From Bacteroidales bacterium Bact_08 (lineage in GTDB: Bacteria > Bacteroidota > Bacteroidia > Bacteroidales > UBA932): DNA of 64,000 nucleotides. The notes below the pieces were generated by a model, which saw nothing but the letters and a program-made list of their open reading frames with translations, was not told where the DNA came from and did no database searches. The position numbers and the translations under genes were made by a program. The stretch covers positions 7,984 to 71,983 of the forward strand of contig LUYZ01000008.1 of NCBI GenBank assembly GCA_001603425.1. The letters are read 5' to 3'. Below are positions 50,630 through 60,656 of the stretch, one piece after another (the stretch's first letter is position 1; every line of letters starts with the position of its first letter).

Positions 50630-52831
50630 TCAATTACCAAGCTCCGATAAAAATTTTATTCTTACAAGCCTAATCTCCTCCTCAGAATATCCCCTACCCA
50701 ATTCTGCAACCGCCTCTTTTAGTGAATCTGTAGATGCCTCTGTCTTGAAATATTCATATATATCGTCTACTTTATCGTCATCTACAGTCTGTCTAATATA
50801 ATAATCGATATTTAGCTTGGTTCCAGAACTAACAATTGCTTCTATCTCTGTTAAAAGATCCTCCATATCCATTCCCTTGGAATCGGCAATATCTTCAAAA
50901 GGTAATTTTCTATCTATACTTGTTATAATAAATACTTTGTTTAATGACTTATTTACAACAGATTTAATAATCATTTCAGAAGGCCGCTCAATATCATTCT
51001 CTTTTACATATCTATCTATTAATGATATAAACTCCTTTCCATATCGCTTTGCCTTACCCTCTCCCACCCCTTGACAATTCTTTAATTCATCAATAGAGAT
51101 TGGATAATGTATTGACATATCTTCTAATGAAGTATCATTAAATATAACAAATGGTGGTAAAGATATCTTTTTAGAAATAGATGATCTTAAATCCTTTAAC
51201 ATTGCTAACAATGTAGTATCTCCTCCGCCTCCAATATTAGATTTGTTTCCAATTGTAATAATCTCATCACCATCAGAATCCTGATACTCTCTATCCTCCA
51301 CTAGCATAATTGTGCGAGGAGACTTCAGGAACTCTATACCATCATCGGTAATATATAGTAAACCATATTTTTCAATATCTTTATTTAACAATCTATTAAT
51401 CAAGCACTGCCTTATAACGGCTAACCAAAACTTTACTCCTCTAGAAATTCCAACTCCAAATAGTTCATGATTATGATGATTGTAAGATTTAATTAAAGAG
51501 TTATTAACCCCAGCCAATATATTTGCTATATGATCTGCCTTAAATTGCTCTTTTATACCAGAAACAAGCTGTAAAACAACCTTTACCTCCTCTTTTCCAT
51601 CAAATTGAGCTTTAGGGTTTAAACAGTTATCACAATTCCCACATCCCTCCGGTTGAGTATATCTCTCACCAAAGTAGTTTAGAAGAACAACTCTACGACA
51701 CAGATTTGTTTCTGCATAGGCAACCGTCTCTAAAAGAAGCTGCTTACCAACCTCCTGCTCGGCAATCGGTTTATTCTGCATAAACTTTTCTAATTTCTGA
51801 ATATCTTTATAAGAATAGAAAGCAATACACTGTCCCTCTCCGCCATCTCTACCAGACCTTCCTGTCTCTTGATAATACCCCTCGAGACTTTTTGGCATAT
51901 CATAATGAATTACATATCTAACATCTGGTTTATCAATACCCATCCCAAAAGCGATTGTTGCTACAACCACCTCCACATCTTCCATCAAAAATTTATCTTG
52001 ATTGTCTGCCCTTGTTGATGCATCTAAACCTGCATGATAAGGAAGTGCCTTTATTCCATTTACATTAAGTAACTCTGCAACCTCTTCAACCTTTTTTCTA
52101 CTTAGGCAATATATTATACCAGACTTACCTGAATTGCTCTTAATAAACTTAATAATTTCTTTATCTATATTTACCTTAGGCCTAATTTCATAATATAAAT
52201 TAGCTCTATTAAAAGAAGATTTAAAAACTCTTGCATGGGACATGCCAAGATTTTTTTGAATATCGCTCTGTACCTTTGGAGTAGCAGTAGCAGTCAAAGC
52301 AATTATTGGAGCCTCCCCAATCTCTTTAGCTATAGAGTAAATTTTTCTATATTCTGGTCTAAAATCATGCCCCCATTCAGATATACAGTGAGCCTCGTCA
52401 ACAGCAAAAAAAGATATTTTGATTTGCTGTAAAAATTGAATATTCTCCTCTTTTGTTAATGACTCTGGTGCTACATATAGCATTTTTGTTGCTCCAGAAA
52501 TCAAATCCTCTTTAACTTTCTGAATTTGAGTTTTTGTTAATGAAGAGTTTAAAAAGTGGGCTATACCCTCTTTCTCTACAACAAACCCTCTAATTGCATC
52601 TACTTGATTCTTCATCAACGCTATCAGAGGAGAAATAATTATGGCCGTTCCGTCCATAATTAAAGCTGGAAGTTGATAACATAACGACTTCCCACCACCT
52701 GTTGGCATCAAAACAAACGAATCCTCACCATTAATTAGATTTCTAATAATCTCCTCCTGCTCTCCTTTGAAAGAATCAAATCCGAAATATCGTTTAAGCT
52801 CACGGTGCAGTAACTCCGAACTAACTAGCAT
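50630..52831 (-). CDS. recQ: ATP-dependent DNA helicase RecQ
   Basis: MPTGGGKS, DEAHCISEWGHDFRP, QETGRSGRDG, Zn-binding CGNCDNC, HRDC. Confidence 0.96.
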   Translation of the reverse strand: MLVSSELLHRELKRYFGFDSFKGEQEEIIRNLINGEDSFVLMPTGGGKSLCYQLPALIMDGTAIIISPLIALMKNQVDAIRGFVVEKEGIAHFLNSSLTKTQIQKVKEDLISGATKMLYVAPESLTKEENIQFLQQIKISFFAVDEAHCISEWGHDFRPEYRKIYSIAKEIGEAPIIALTATATPKVQSDIQKNLGMSHARVFKSSFNRANLYYEIRPKVNIDKEIIKFIKSNSGKSGIIYCLSRKKVEEVAELLNVNGIKALPYHAGLDASTRADNQDKFLMEDVEVVVATIAFGMGIDKPDVRYVIHYDMPKSLEGYYQETGRSGRDGGEGQCIAFYSYKDIQKLEKFMQNKPIAEQEVGKQLLLETVAYAETNLCRRVVLLNYFGERYTQPEGCGNCDNCLNPKAQFDGKEEVKVVLQLVSGIKEQFKADHIANILAGVNNSLIKSYNHHNHELFGVGISRGVKFWLAVIRQCLINRLLNKDIEKYGLLYITDDGIEFLKSPRTIMLVEDREYQDSDGDEIITIGNKSNIGGGGDTTLLAMLKDLRSSISKKISLPPFVIFNDTSLEDMSIHYPISIDELKNCQGVGEGKAKRYGKEFISLIDRYVKENDIERPSEMIIKSVVNKSLNKVFIITSIDRKLPFEDIADSKGMDMEDLLTEIEAIVSSGTKLNIDYYIRQTVDDDKVDDIYEYFKTEASTDSLKEAVAELGRGYSEEEIRLVRIKFLSELGN

Positions 52832-52871
52832 ATTTAATGAACAATAATCTTAATAAATATATAAAAAAAGC

Positions 52872-52879
52872 TACCTTTG
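52872..52879 (+). promoter_or_regulatory. -7 element for kdsD-speB-nhaA
   Basis: TACCTTTG. Confidence 0.6.
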
Positions 52880-52921
52880 TGCCTCTAAGTTATCTAATTG
52901 TTTTCTCATTACAAAATTTTT

Positions 52922-53896
52922 ATGACTAATTTGACCACAGATATTATTGAAACTGCTAAAGAGGTAATTGAAAAAGAGGCTCGTGCAGTTCAAGCTTTAA
53001 CAAACTATATCGACAAAGAATTTGAGACAATTGTAAATCTTATCTATAATTCAAAAGGCAGAGTTATACTAACAGGCATAGGAAAGAGCGCTATTATTGC
53101 TTCAAAGATTGTTGCAACTCTTAACTCTACAGGTACAGCAGCTCTATTTATGCATGCTGCTGATGCTATTCATGGAGATTTGGGAATGATTCAACCAGAA
53201 GATGTGGTAATATGTATCTCAAAAAGTGGAAATACTCCAGAGATTAAAATTTTGGTTCCTCTTATAAAACGCAGAGGCAATACACTTATCGCAATGGTTT
53301 CGAATATAGAGTCATACCTAGCTAAAGGTGCAGACTACATTTTAAAAACAACAATAGAAAACGAAGCTTGTCCAAATAATTTAGCTCCAACATCAAGCAC
53401 TACAACTCAACTAGTGCTAGGAGATGCACTTGCAGTAACCCTCTTAAAACTTAAAGGTTTTTCTAAAGAGGATTTTGCAAAATTACACCCTGGTGGCTCT
53501 TTGGGTAAGAGATTGTATACTCGAGTTATCGACATTATCGACAAAGATTCTATACCATATGTAAGTCCTAAAGAAACTATTCAAAACACAATAATAAATA
53601 TTTCTGCCAACAGATTAGGTGCCACAGTAGTTGTTGATAATGATATGAGTTGTGTAATGGGTATAATTACAGACGGAGATGTTAGAAGAATGCTAGAAAA
53701 AGGAATACCCATAGAATCTTTAAAAGCTTCTGATATAATGTCTCATAACCCAAAAACTATCGAAAGCAGCGAACTCGCAATTAAAGCATTTAATTTGATG
53801 GAAAAAAACAAAATCACATCTGTAATTGTTACGGATAATAGTAGATATATTGGCTTAATTCATATTCATGATATAATAAGGGAGGGAATAGTATGA
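52922..53896 (+). CDS. kdsD: KpsF/GutQ family arabinose-5-phosphate isomerase
   Basis: GIGKS, HGDLG, SKSGNT, APTSST, HPGGSLG, CBS pair; ATG 52922. Confidence 0.9.
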   Translation: MTNLTTDIIETAKEVIEKEARAVQALTNYIDKEFETIVNLIYNSKGRVILTGIGKSAIIASKIVATLNSTGTAALFMHAADAIHGDLGMIQPEDVVICISKSGNTPEIKILVPLIKRRGNTLIAMVSNIESYLAKGADYILKTTIENEACPNNLAPTSSTTTQLVLGDALAVTLLKLKGFSKEDFAKLHPGGSLGKRLYTRVIDIIDKDSIPYVSPKETIQNTIINISANRLGATVVVDNDMSCVMGIITDGDVRRMLEKGIPIESLKASDIMSHNPKTIESSELAIKAFNLMEKNKITSVIVTDNSRYIGLIHIHDIIREGIV

Positions 53897-54933
53897 CAAA
53901 TTTTAACCCAAATGACCCCGGAATGGCAAATGGCAATTTCTTTGCTCTTCCATATAGTGTAGATGATTCAGAGATTATCTTACTACCTGTACCATGGGAT
54001 GCAACAACATCTTACAAGCCAGGAACACACATGGGACCAAACGCTATTATTGATGCATCTGCACAAGTAGACCTCTACGACGAATCTGTTCCAAATGCTT
54101 GGGAAATTAAAATTGGAACTCTTGAGCAAGAACAATCAATCTTAGCCAACAATAGTATAGCTAGAGAACATGCTGTCAAGGTAATAGATGCTCTAGAAAA
54201 CGGATTAGAGCTATCAACAGTTAAAGATAGTCTTAATATTGTTAATAATCTTTCAGAAGAGCTGAATCTCTTTGTATATAATACCTGTAAAAAACATATT
54301 GCAGAGGGTAAAATTGTTGGCGTTGTTGGAGGAGATCACTCAGTACCTTTTGGCAATATCAAAGCTATATCAGAAAAATATGAGGATTTTGGTATTCTCC
54401 ACATAGATGCCCATGCCGATCTTAGAGTAGCCTACGAAGGGTTTACATATTCTCATGCTTCAATTTTATATAATTGCTTATCTCAAATACCTCAATTATC
54501 TCAATTAACTCAAGTAGCTATTAGAGATTTTTGCGAACAAGAGGCAGATATAATTAATTCTGACCCAAGAATCAGATCTTTTACAGATATTGAGATTAAG
54601 CGAAACCTCTTTGAAGGAAAAACTTGGAAGAGTATCTGTGAATCCATACTAACCACTCTACCTCAAAACATATACATATCTATAGACATAGATGGATTAT
54701 CCCCTGAATTGTGTCCAAACACAGGGACTCCTGTACCTGGTGGTCTTTCTTTTAGAGAATTTGATTATCTTATGCTTATGATAGCAAATTCTAAAAAGAG
54801 AGTTATTGGATTTGATCTATGTGAAGTTTCGCCGAGTCCAGACAGTGAGTGGGATGCTAATGTAGGCGCAAGAGTACTTTATAAAACTTGTATATATACA
54901 CACTTAAACAACAACAAGGTCCAAGATAAATAA
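53893..54933 (+). CDS. speB: Agmatinase family ureohydrolase
   Basis: GGDHS, HIDAHAD, SIDID, TGTPVPGG. Confidence 0.85.
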   Translation: MTNFNPNDPGMANGNFFALPYSVDDSEIILLPVPWDATTSYKPGTHMGPNAIIDASAQVDLYDESVPNAWEIKIGTLEQEQSILANNSIAREHAVKVIDALENGLELSTVKDSLNIVNNLSEELNLFVYNTCKKHIAEGKIVGVVGGDHSVPFGNIKAISEKYEDFGILHIDAHADLRVAYEGFTYSHASILYNCLSQIPQLSQLTQVAIRDFCEQEADIINSDPRIRSFTDIEIKRNLFEGKTWKSICESILTTLPQNIYISIDIDGLSPELCPNTGTPVPGGLSFREFDYLMLMIANSKKRVIGFDLCEVSPSPDSEWDANVGARVLYKTCIYTHLNNNKVQDK

Positions 54934-54940
54934 AACAATA

Positions 54941-56290
54941 ATGGCATTTGGTTATAGACACCGATTAGGGATAAGAAAAGAGGTTGGGAATCTCTTTTCT
55001 GTCTTAACTCATAGCAATAGTATTGGAGGAGTAATTCTAATTATTTGTACAATAGGAGCTTTAGTAACTGCAAATCTATTTTCTGATTCTTTAATTTCTC
55101 AGATTTGGAGCACTCAAATTGCATTAAAAATTGGAACATTTGTGCTAGATATGGACATACAAACATTTATTAACGATGTTTTAATGGCTATATTCTTTTT
55201 TGTTGTAGGTTTGGAGATAAAACGAGAGATGTTAGTTGGTGAACTCACATCTTTTAAACAAGCAGCTCTTCCAATTTTTGCCGCTATTGGAGGGATGATT
55301 GTTCCTGCTCTATTTTTCTATATAATAAATTATGGAACACCAAATCAGCATGGCTGGGGTATTCCAATGGCTACCGATATTGCCTTTACATTAGGAGCGA
55401 TATCTCTCCTTGGAAAAAGAGTGCCAATATCAATTAAAATTTTTTTAACAGCATTAGCTATAGTAGACGATATTGGTTCAATTATAGTTCTTGCAATATT
55501 TTACCCAAGTCACCCTCTAGAGACTACATATCTATACTATGCAATAGTAGTTATTGCTATTTTAATAATACTAAATAGGCTTAACGTAAATCGATCATCA
55601 CTGTTTATTATTCCTGGAATTATTTTGTGGTATTTTATATATGAATCAGGTATTCATGCTACTATTGCAGGAGTTATACTTGCAATGACTATACCTGCAA
55701 AAACTCAAATCAATGAAGTGCGTTTTTTTACAAGGAGTACTTACTACCTCTCTAAATTCAAAAAGCTAAGTAACGATCAGGTAAATATACTTGCCAACAC
55801 ACAACAACTAGATATTATACATAACCTTCACTCATATATACGTAAAATAAATCCACCCATTAATCGATTTGAACATAGAATACATCCGTGGATTACATTT
55901 TCAATAATGCCTCTTTTTGCTTTTGCTAATGCCAGAGTAGATCTATCTGGATTTTCTCTAGATACACTTTTTGGAAATGTTTCTGTCGGAATCTTTGTTG
56001 GATTATTTTTAGGGAAACCAATTGGAATATTCACAGCATCTATGATTGCATGTAGGCTCGGTATTGCAAAACTACCTCATGACACAACAAAACCTCAATT
56101 ATTATCTGCAGGTATACTTGCTGGAATAGGATTTACTATGTCTATTTTTATAGATGGCCTTGCTTTTAAAGATCCCTTAATTATTAACGAGGGTAAAGCT
56201 GCTATTTTAATTGCATCCACTGTTGCCGCTACAATAGGACTTATAGCACTCCACTACACAACAGATAAAAAAATTAGATTTATAAATTAA
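54941..56290 (+). CDS. nhaA: Na+/H+ antiporter NhaA
   Basis: IND.LMAIFF, GLEIKRE, PMATDIAF, LAIVDD, GIHAT, GIGFTMS. Confidence 0.95.
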   Translation: MAFGYRHRLGIRKEVGNLFSVLTHSNSIGGVILIICTIGALVTANLFSDSLISQIWSTQIALKIGTFVLDMDIQTFINDVLMAIFFFVVGLEIKREMLVGELTSFKQAALPIFAAIGGMIVPALFFYIINYGTPNQHGWGIPMATDIAFTLGAISLLGKRVPISIKIFLTALAIVDDIGSIIVLAIFYPSHPLETTYLYYAIVVIAILIILNRLNVNRSSLFIIPGIILWYFIYESGIHATIAGVILAMTIPAKTQINEVRFFTRSTYYLSKFKKLSNDQVNILANTQQLDIIHNLHSYIRKINPPINRFEHRIHPWITFSIMPLFAFANARVDLSGFSLDTLFGNVSVGIFVGLFLGKPIGIFTASMIACRLGIAKLPHDTTKPQLLSAGILAGIGFTMSIFIDGLAFKDPLIINEGKAAILIASTVAATIGLIALHYTTDKKIRFIN

Positions 56291-56311
56291 CCCCTTTTTA
56301 TACAATAAACT

Positions 56312-56341
56312 AAAAGGGAACAATAATTTTCCCTTTTTTTT
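56312..56341 (+). terminator. Intrinsic terminator after nhaA
   Basis: AAAAGGGAA / TTCCCTTTT stem and a long T run. Confidence 0.7.
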
Positions 56342-56343
56342 AC

Positions 56344-56351
56344 TACTTTTG
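56344..56351 (+). promoter_or_regulatory. -7 element for FKBP-DUF3127
   Basis: TACTTTTG. Confidence 0.5.
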
Positions 56352-56397
56352 GCATATATTTCACAAATAAGATCAACACATAAATTAATAAATTAAT

Positions 56398-57102
56398 ATG
56401 AAAAAAACGTTAAAAACATTAGCACTTCTATCTGCGATTACTGTAACTTTAGTATCGTGTAACGGTTCAAAACAAACCGCTAGCATTCCAGGAATTTCTA
56501 AAGGAATGGTAGATTCTGCCAGCTATGCAGCAGGCATAACTATGGGAAATATGATTGTATCTGCTAATCTATCAGATATGAACATGACAGAGTTTCAAAA
56601 AGGTCTTTCTGACGTTATAAATGAAAAAGACCTTAAGATTGACATGGCTATGGCAAATCAGATACTATCTCAATATATGGGAGCAAAAGAGAATGCTGTT
56701 GCTTTAGAAAACATGGAAAAAGGCAAAGCATTTTTAGCATCTAACAAAGAAAATGAAGGTGTTATTGAAACTGAAAGCGGATTACAATACATTATAATTG
56801 AAGAGGGTAACGAAGTATTCCCTACTGCAGATGATACTATTGAGGTACACTACAAAGGAACACTAATTGATGGTTCTCAGTTTGATTCATCATACGACAG
56901 AGGAGAGCCAATTTCATTGAGATTAGGAGACTTTATCCCTGGTTGGGTAGAAGGAATGCAAAAAATCAGCGAAGGAGGAAAAATCAAATTATTTATCCCT
57001 TCAGAATTGGCATATGGCACTCAAAGCGCAGGAAGTATAAAGGGTGGTTCTGTTCTTATTTTTGAAGTAGAGCTTATTAAAGTTACACCACAAGAGAACT
57101 AA
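56398..57102 (+). CDS. FKBP-type peptidyl-prolyl isomerase (FkpA/FklB-like), lipoprotein
   Basis: Lipobox LVSC, SGLQY, VHYKG, FDSSYDRG, LAYG, LIFEVEL. Confidence 0.93.
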   Translation: MKKTLKTLALLSAITVTLVSCNGSKQTASIPGISKGMVDSASYAAGITMGNMIVSANLSDMNMTEFQKGLSDVINEKDLKIDMAMANQILSQYMGAKENAVALENMEKGKAFLASNKENEGVIETESGLQYIIIEEGNEVFPTADDTIEVHYKGTLIDGSQFDSSYDRGEPISLRLGDFIPGWVEGMQKISEGGKIKLFIPSELAYGTQSAGSIKGGSVLIFEVELIKVTPQEN

Positions 57103-57114
57103 ATCTATTGAGTT

Positions 57115-57495
57115 ATGTCGTTGGAAATTTCAGGAAAGCTTTTGCAGATAATGCAAATCCAAAAAGGGACAAGTAGCAGAGGAGAGTGGCAAAAACAAGA
57201 GTTTATTGTTGAGACTCAAGATGGTCAATACAGTAAAAAAATATGTTTTAATGTGTGGGGAGAAGATAAAATTGCAGAACTATCTAAAATCAACATAGAT
57301 TCTGAAATTAAGGTTATGTTCAATCTTGAATCCAGAGAATACAATTCCAGGTGGTATACAGATGTTAGAGCGTGGAGGGTTGAAAAAGTTGGATCTTCTA
57401 ATGAAGAGATTGATTCAAATCCATTTGGAGACTCATATTCTAATTTCACTACTCCAACAACATCAGAAGATATGTCAGACGATCTTCCATTCTAA
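57115..57495 (+). CDS. DUF3127 family protein
   Basis: WQKQEF, LESREYNSRWYTDVRAWR, C-terminal DDLPF. Confidence 0.88.
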   Translation: MSLEISGKLLQIMQIQKGTSSRGEWQKQEFIVETQDGQYSKKICFNVWGEDKIAELSKINIDSEIKVMFNLESREYNSRWYTDVRAWRVEKVGSSNEEIDSNPFGDSYSNFTTPTTSEDMSDDLPF

Positions 57496-57517
57496 GCTAA
57501 TTGCTTAATAATAAATC

Positions 57518-57555
57518 ATAAGAGGGTGTCAAATTAAATTTTGACACCCTCTTAT
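57518..57555. terminator. Bidirectional terminator between DUF3127 and miaA
   Basis: Perfect 16-bp inverted repeat ATAAGAGGGTGTCAAA / TTTGACACCCTCTTAT between convergent genes. Confidence 0.85.
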
Positions 57556-57562
57556 ATTATAA

Positions 57563-58429
57563 TTAAAACAAAGACTTGAAAAGAGGTCTATTTTTAAACC
57601 AAGTCACCTGCCTCTTTGCATATCTTCTAGTATTTATCTTAATCCTATCAATAGCCTCATCTAGAGAGATCTCTCCATTAAAATGATCAAATAATTCTCT
57701 ATAACCTACGCTCTTTAAGGATGGGAGATCTCTATACTCTCTTAATCCATAAACCTCCTCTACCAACCCCATCTTTACCATTTTATCAACGCGTTCATTA
57801 ATCCTATTATAAAGCAACTCTCTTTGAGGGTTCAAAAAGATTGGTTCAATTATAAAGTCTCTTACTTTTGTAGTGTTATTTTTGAAAGAGGAGAATTTTT
57901 TTCCAGTTGCTATTGTTACCTCCAATGCTCTCATTACTCTTTGTGGATTAGAGAGATCTATCTGCATATAACTCTCATAGTCTAAGATTTTTAAATCCCG
58001 ACGCAGAGACTCTACGCCCTCCAATTTAAGTCTTTGAGTAAGTTTTTCTCTAACAATACCACAACTGTCTGGAAAATTATCCAACCCAGTACATACGGCT
58101 TCTACATATAGACCAGATCCTCCTACCATTACCAGATTATCATACTTCTTAAATAAACCCTCAATTAAAGCTAGTGCCTCTACTTCGTATTTACCCGCCG
58201 TATAAAAATCTTTAATAGAATGAGAAAAAATGAAATAGTGCCGAACCATAGCTAATTGCTCCTCAGACGGAGGGGCAGTACCTATCTTTAACTCTCTATA
58301 TATTTGTCTAGAGTCACAGGAAATTATTGGAGAATTTAACTTTTGGGCTAGAGATATGCTATAGTCAGTTTTTCCAGATGCAGTTGGACCTACAATTACA
58401 AACAGTTTTTTATAAATCTTTTGTGACAT
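57563..58429 (-). CDS. miaA: tRNA dimethylallyltransferase
   Basis: GPTASGKT, DSRQIY, GGSGLY, RALEV, YAKRQVTW; start set at ATG 58429. Confidence 0.95.
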   Translation of the reverse strand: MSQKIYKKLFVIVGPTASGKTDYSISLAQKLNSPIISCDSRQIYRELKIGTAPPSEEQLAMVRHYFIFSHSIKDFYTAGKYEVEALALIEGLFKKYDNLVMVGGSGLYVEAVCTGLDNFPDSCGIVREKLTQRLKLEGVESLRRDLKILDYESYMQIDLSNPQRVMRALEVTIATGKKFSSFKNNTTKVRDFIIEPIFLNPQRELLYNRINERVDKMVKMGLVEEVYGLREYRDLPSLKSVGYRELFDHFNGEISLDEAIDRIKINTRRYAKRQVTWFKNRPLFKSLF

Positions 58430-58892
58430 CTCCTTCAATAGATAATGGATCTGTGTCTCCAAATTCAATCATATTCTCAAAATCGTCATAATTATCTGAA
58501 AACTGATCTGGGTTCTTACCTCTTTCTGCAACTAATCTTGGATACACTCGCCTAGTATTATGCAGCTCTTCATCTTGAGAAACAAGTGTCAATATGATAA
58601 ATCTGTCTTTGAACATGTCATATACATACTCAAGAATTAAGTAACCTTTGGATACTATATCTTTTAATTTAATGCTATCCATTGTACCGTCTCCAAGATC
58701 AAAGAGGCCATATTCACCCTTTACTTTACCTTTTGAATCAATTGCCCTAAAAAGAGACATCTGATCTGGAGAGAATCCCAAATCATTTATAAGATACTGA
58801 TTTAAAGAGAAAAGATTTGTACTATCCTTAATCTCATACTCCCTCATAAATATCTTATTATTAGCAATTGAAGCTTTATATCTATATATCAT
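58410..58892 (-). CDS. pRiA4b ORF-3-like conserved protein
   Basis: MIYRY..FMREYEI, YVYDMF, acidic tail; lies upstream of miaA as I recall for other Bacteroidota. Confidence 0.65.
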   Translation of the reverse strand: MIYRYKASIANNKIFMREYEIKDSTNLFSLNQYLINDLGFSPDQMSLFRAIDSKGKVKGEYGLFDLGDGTMDSIKLKDIVSKGYLILEYVYDMFKDRFIILTLVSQDEELHNTRRVYPRLVAERGKNPDQFSDNYDDFENMIEFGDTDPLSIEGDVTKDL

Positions 58893-58917
58893 CACAATAA
58901 ATTAAGAGAGTGTAAAG

Positions 58918-59982
58918 TTATAAACTTTTAAGCAAAAAATCTAATGTATTTACATTGTCCGCATAATCAATTAATTTTGGTTTTTGTGAGTCTCCAAAAT
59001 TAACAAATAAGTCATTATATCTGTAATTAACAACAACCTGAATGGAGGTTATATTATTATCTAAAAATCCCAAAATCTCTTCATTAGAACTGTATGTACG
59101 ATAATAAACAATACCTGCAGGGGGGGTAGAAATTTTAGCTCCAAAATCCTGAATCAAAACAAAGTTGTTTGCATCAATAAAACTAGTATCTGAAAGTGTT
59201 AAAACAGCCTTATTTTGCAAATATGACGAATAAAACCCTTTGGATAAGTACTTAAAAGAAAGGGCAGTAGACTCAATTAGATGAGAGAAATCATATGATT
59301 CTGGAACAAATAGATTTGTTACACTCCTACACCCCATACCACTATACAAGCATATGTCTAACGCTAGCCTGTCAAGATCATCCCTCGACTCATCACCCTT
59401 CAAAATAGCAACTGAGGTCATCGACCCTCTTAATAGCAGCTTACTATTATAATATTTCTTAGAGAAATAGTCTATTGTGGAATCACTTCCAGATACAATC
59501 AAAGCATCTACAACATCGCTAATTTCTGAAACGATGTTTATTCTATCCTCCCAGAAAGGATTTAAAGAGCAAAGAGTCCTCTTTATATAACTATACCAAA
59601 ACTTATCTTTTGATGAAGGCTTAACTGCTACTTTATATCCTACAGAGAGAACCGATAGAATATCATGAAATCCTACTAAAGGAATATTTCCTGCACATAC
59701 AACACAAACCTCTCTATCTCTCTCAAACAACTCAACATCATAATCATACAACCAATCCTCTAATCGCTTTTTATCCAAAAAACAAGAGCATATAGTAGAT
59801 AGTGAGTGAATCTGATTACAAAATAAAAAGTTGGGATTATTTGACTGACTACTTTCAAGCGTGCTTATAAATTGTAAATAATCATCTGATTCATTAATAC
59901 AATTATTAGAGTAAGCTTGACAATAACTCATCAATCTACTCCCAAGCATAGAGAAATCTGCTATAAAAACATCTTTATACAT
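58918..59982 (-). CDS. LuxC-like acyl-CoA reductase (ALDH superfamily)
   Basis: AGNIPLVGFHD, KPSSKD, GMGCRSV, DYADNVNT; Bacteroidota-type reductase. Confidence 0.82.
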   Translation of the reverse strand: MYKDVFIADFSMLGSRLMSYCQAYSNNCINESDDYLQFISTLESSQSNNPNFLFCNQIHSLSTICSCFLDKKRLEDWLYDYDVELFERDREVCVVCAGNIPLVGFHDILSVLSVGYKVAVKPSSKDKFWYSYIKRTLCSLNPFWEDRINIVSEISDVVDALIVSGSDSTIDYFSKKYYNSKLLLRGSMTSVAILKGDESRDDLDRLALDICLYSGMGCRSVTNLFVPESYDFSHLIESTALSFKYLSKGFYSSYLQNKAVLTLSDTSFIDANNFVLIQDFGAKISTPPAGIVYYRTYSSNEEILGFLDNNITSIQVVVNYRYNDLFVNFGDSQKPKLIDYADNVNTLDFLLKSL

Positions 59983-59986
59983 TTTG

Positions 59987-59994
59987 CAAAATTA
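59987..59994 (-). promoter_or_regulatory. -7 element 4 nt before the acyl-CoA reductase ATG
   Basis: Minus strand reads TAATTTTG-CAAA-ATG. Confidence 0.6.
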
Positions 59995-60035
59995 GTAAAA
60001 AGGGAGTAATTTTACACAAACATTACAATTCTACT

Positions 60036-60656
60036 ATGGTTGAAACTGACCAAATTGACTCGTATATATCTATCGCAGAACCATCAAAAGGTCTATACAA
60101 AGAGCTTGGCAGTAAGTTTATCTCATTAGCCTATCCTGTTGAGAGTGTAGAAGAGGTTAAAGAGATTATTTCTAATATTAAAAAAGAGTACTTTGATGCT
60201 AGGCACCATTGCTATGCATATAGAATAGGAATAAATGGAGAGGAATGGAGATATAACGATGACGGAGAGCCATCATCATCGGCAGGGAAACCTATATATG
60301 GACAGCTTCTATCTAATAACATTTCTGATATTCTAATTATTGTTATAAGATATTTTGGTGGGACAAAATTAGGAATACCTGGGTTAATTAGATCATATAA
60401 AACAGCAACCTTAGATGCTTTGAATAACTCTATAAAAATAGAAAAAATTGCTACAAAACAATTTACAATAGAGTCTAGTTATCAAGATCTTGAGGTGGTT
60501 ATGAAAATAATAAAGAGGTTAAATATCCAAATAACAAATCAAGAGTACCAAATTGAGTGTAAAACAACTGTAAAAATAAGATTAAATCAAGTTGAACATT
60601 TTGTATCTTCTATCCCTGAAACTCTTAATATAAAAATTATATGCCAAAACACCTAA
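60036..60656 (+). CDS. yigZ: YigZ/IMPACT family protein
   Basis: [34 protein letters not shown]. Confidence 0.92.
   Translation: MVETDQIDSYISIAEPSKGLYKELGSKFISLAYPVESVEEVKEIISNIKKEYFDARHHCYAYRIGINGEEWRYNDDGEPSSSAGKPIYGQLLSNNISDILIIVIRYFGGTKLGIPGLIRSYKTATLDALNNSIKIEKIATKQFTIESSYQDLEVVMKIIKRLNIQITNQEYQIECKTTVKIRLNQVEHFVSSIPETLNIKIICQNT

Noticed and set aside
58410-58892. pRiA4b ORF-3-like gene as a sign of a plasmid or IS
   Set aside because: It is embedded in a housekeeping operon overlapping miaA, with no terminal repeats or mobility genes.
58918-59982. Bioluminescence (lux) system
   Set aside because: No luciferase or other lux genes are in the window.
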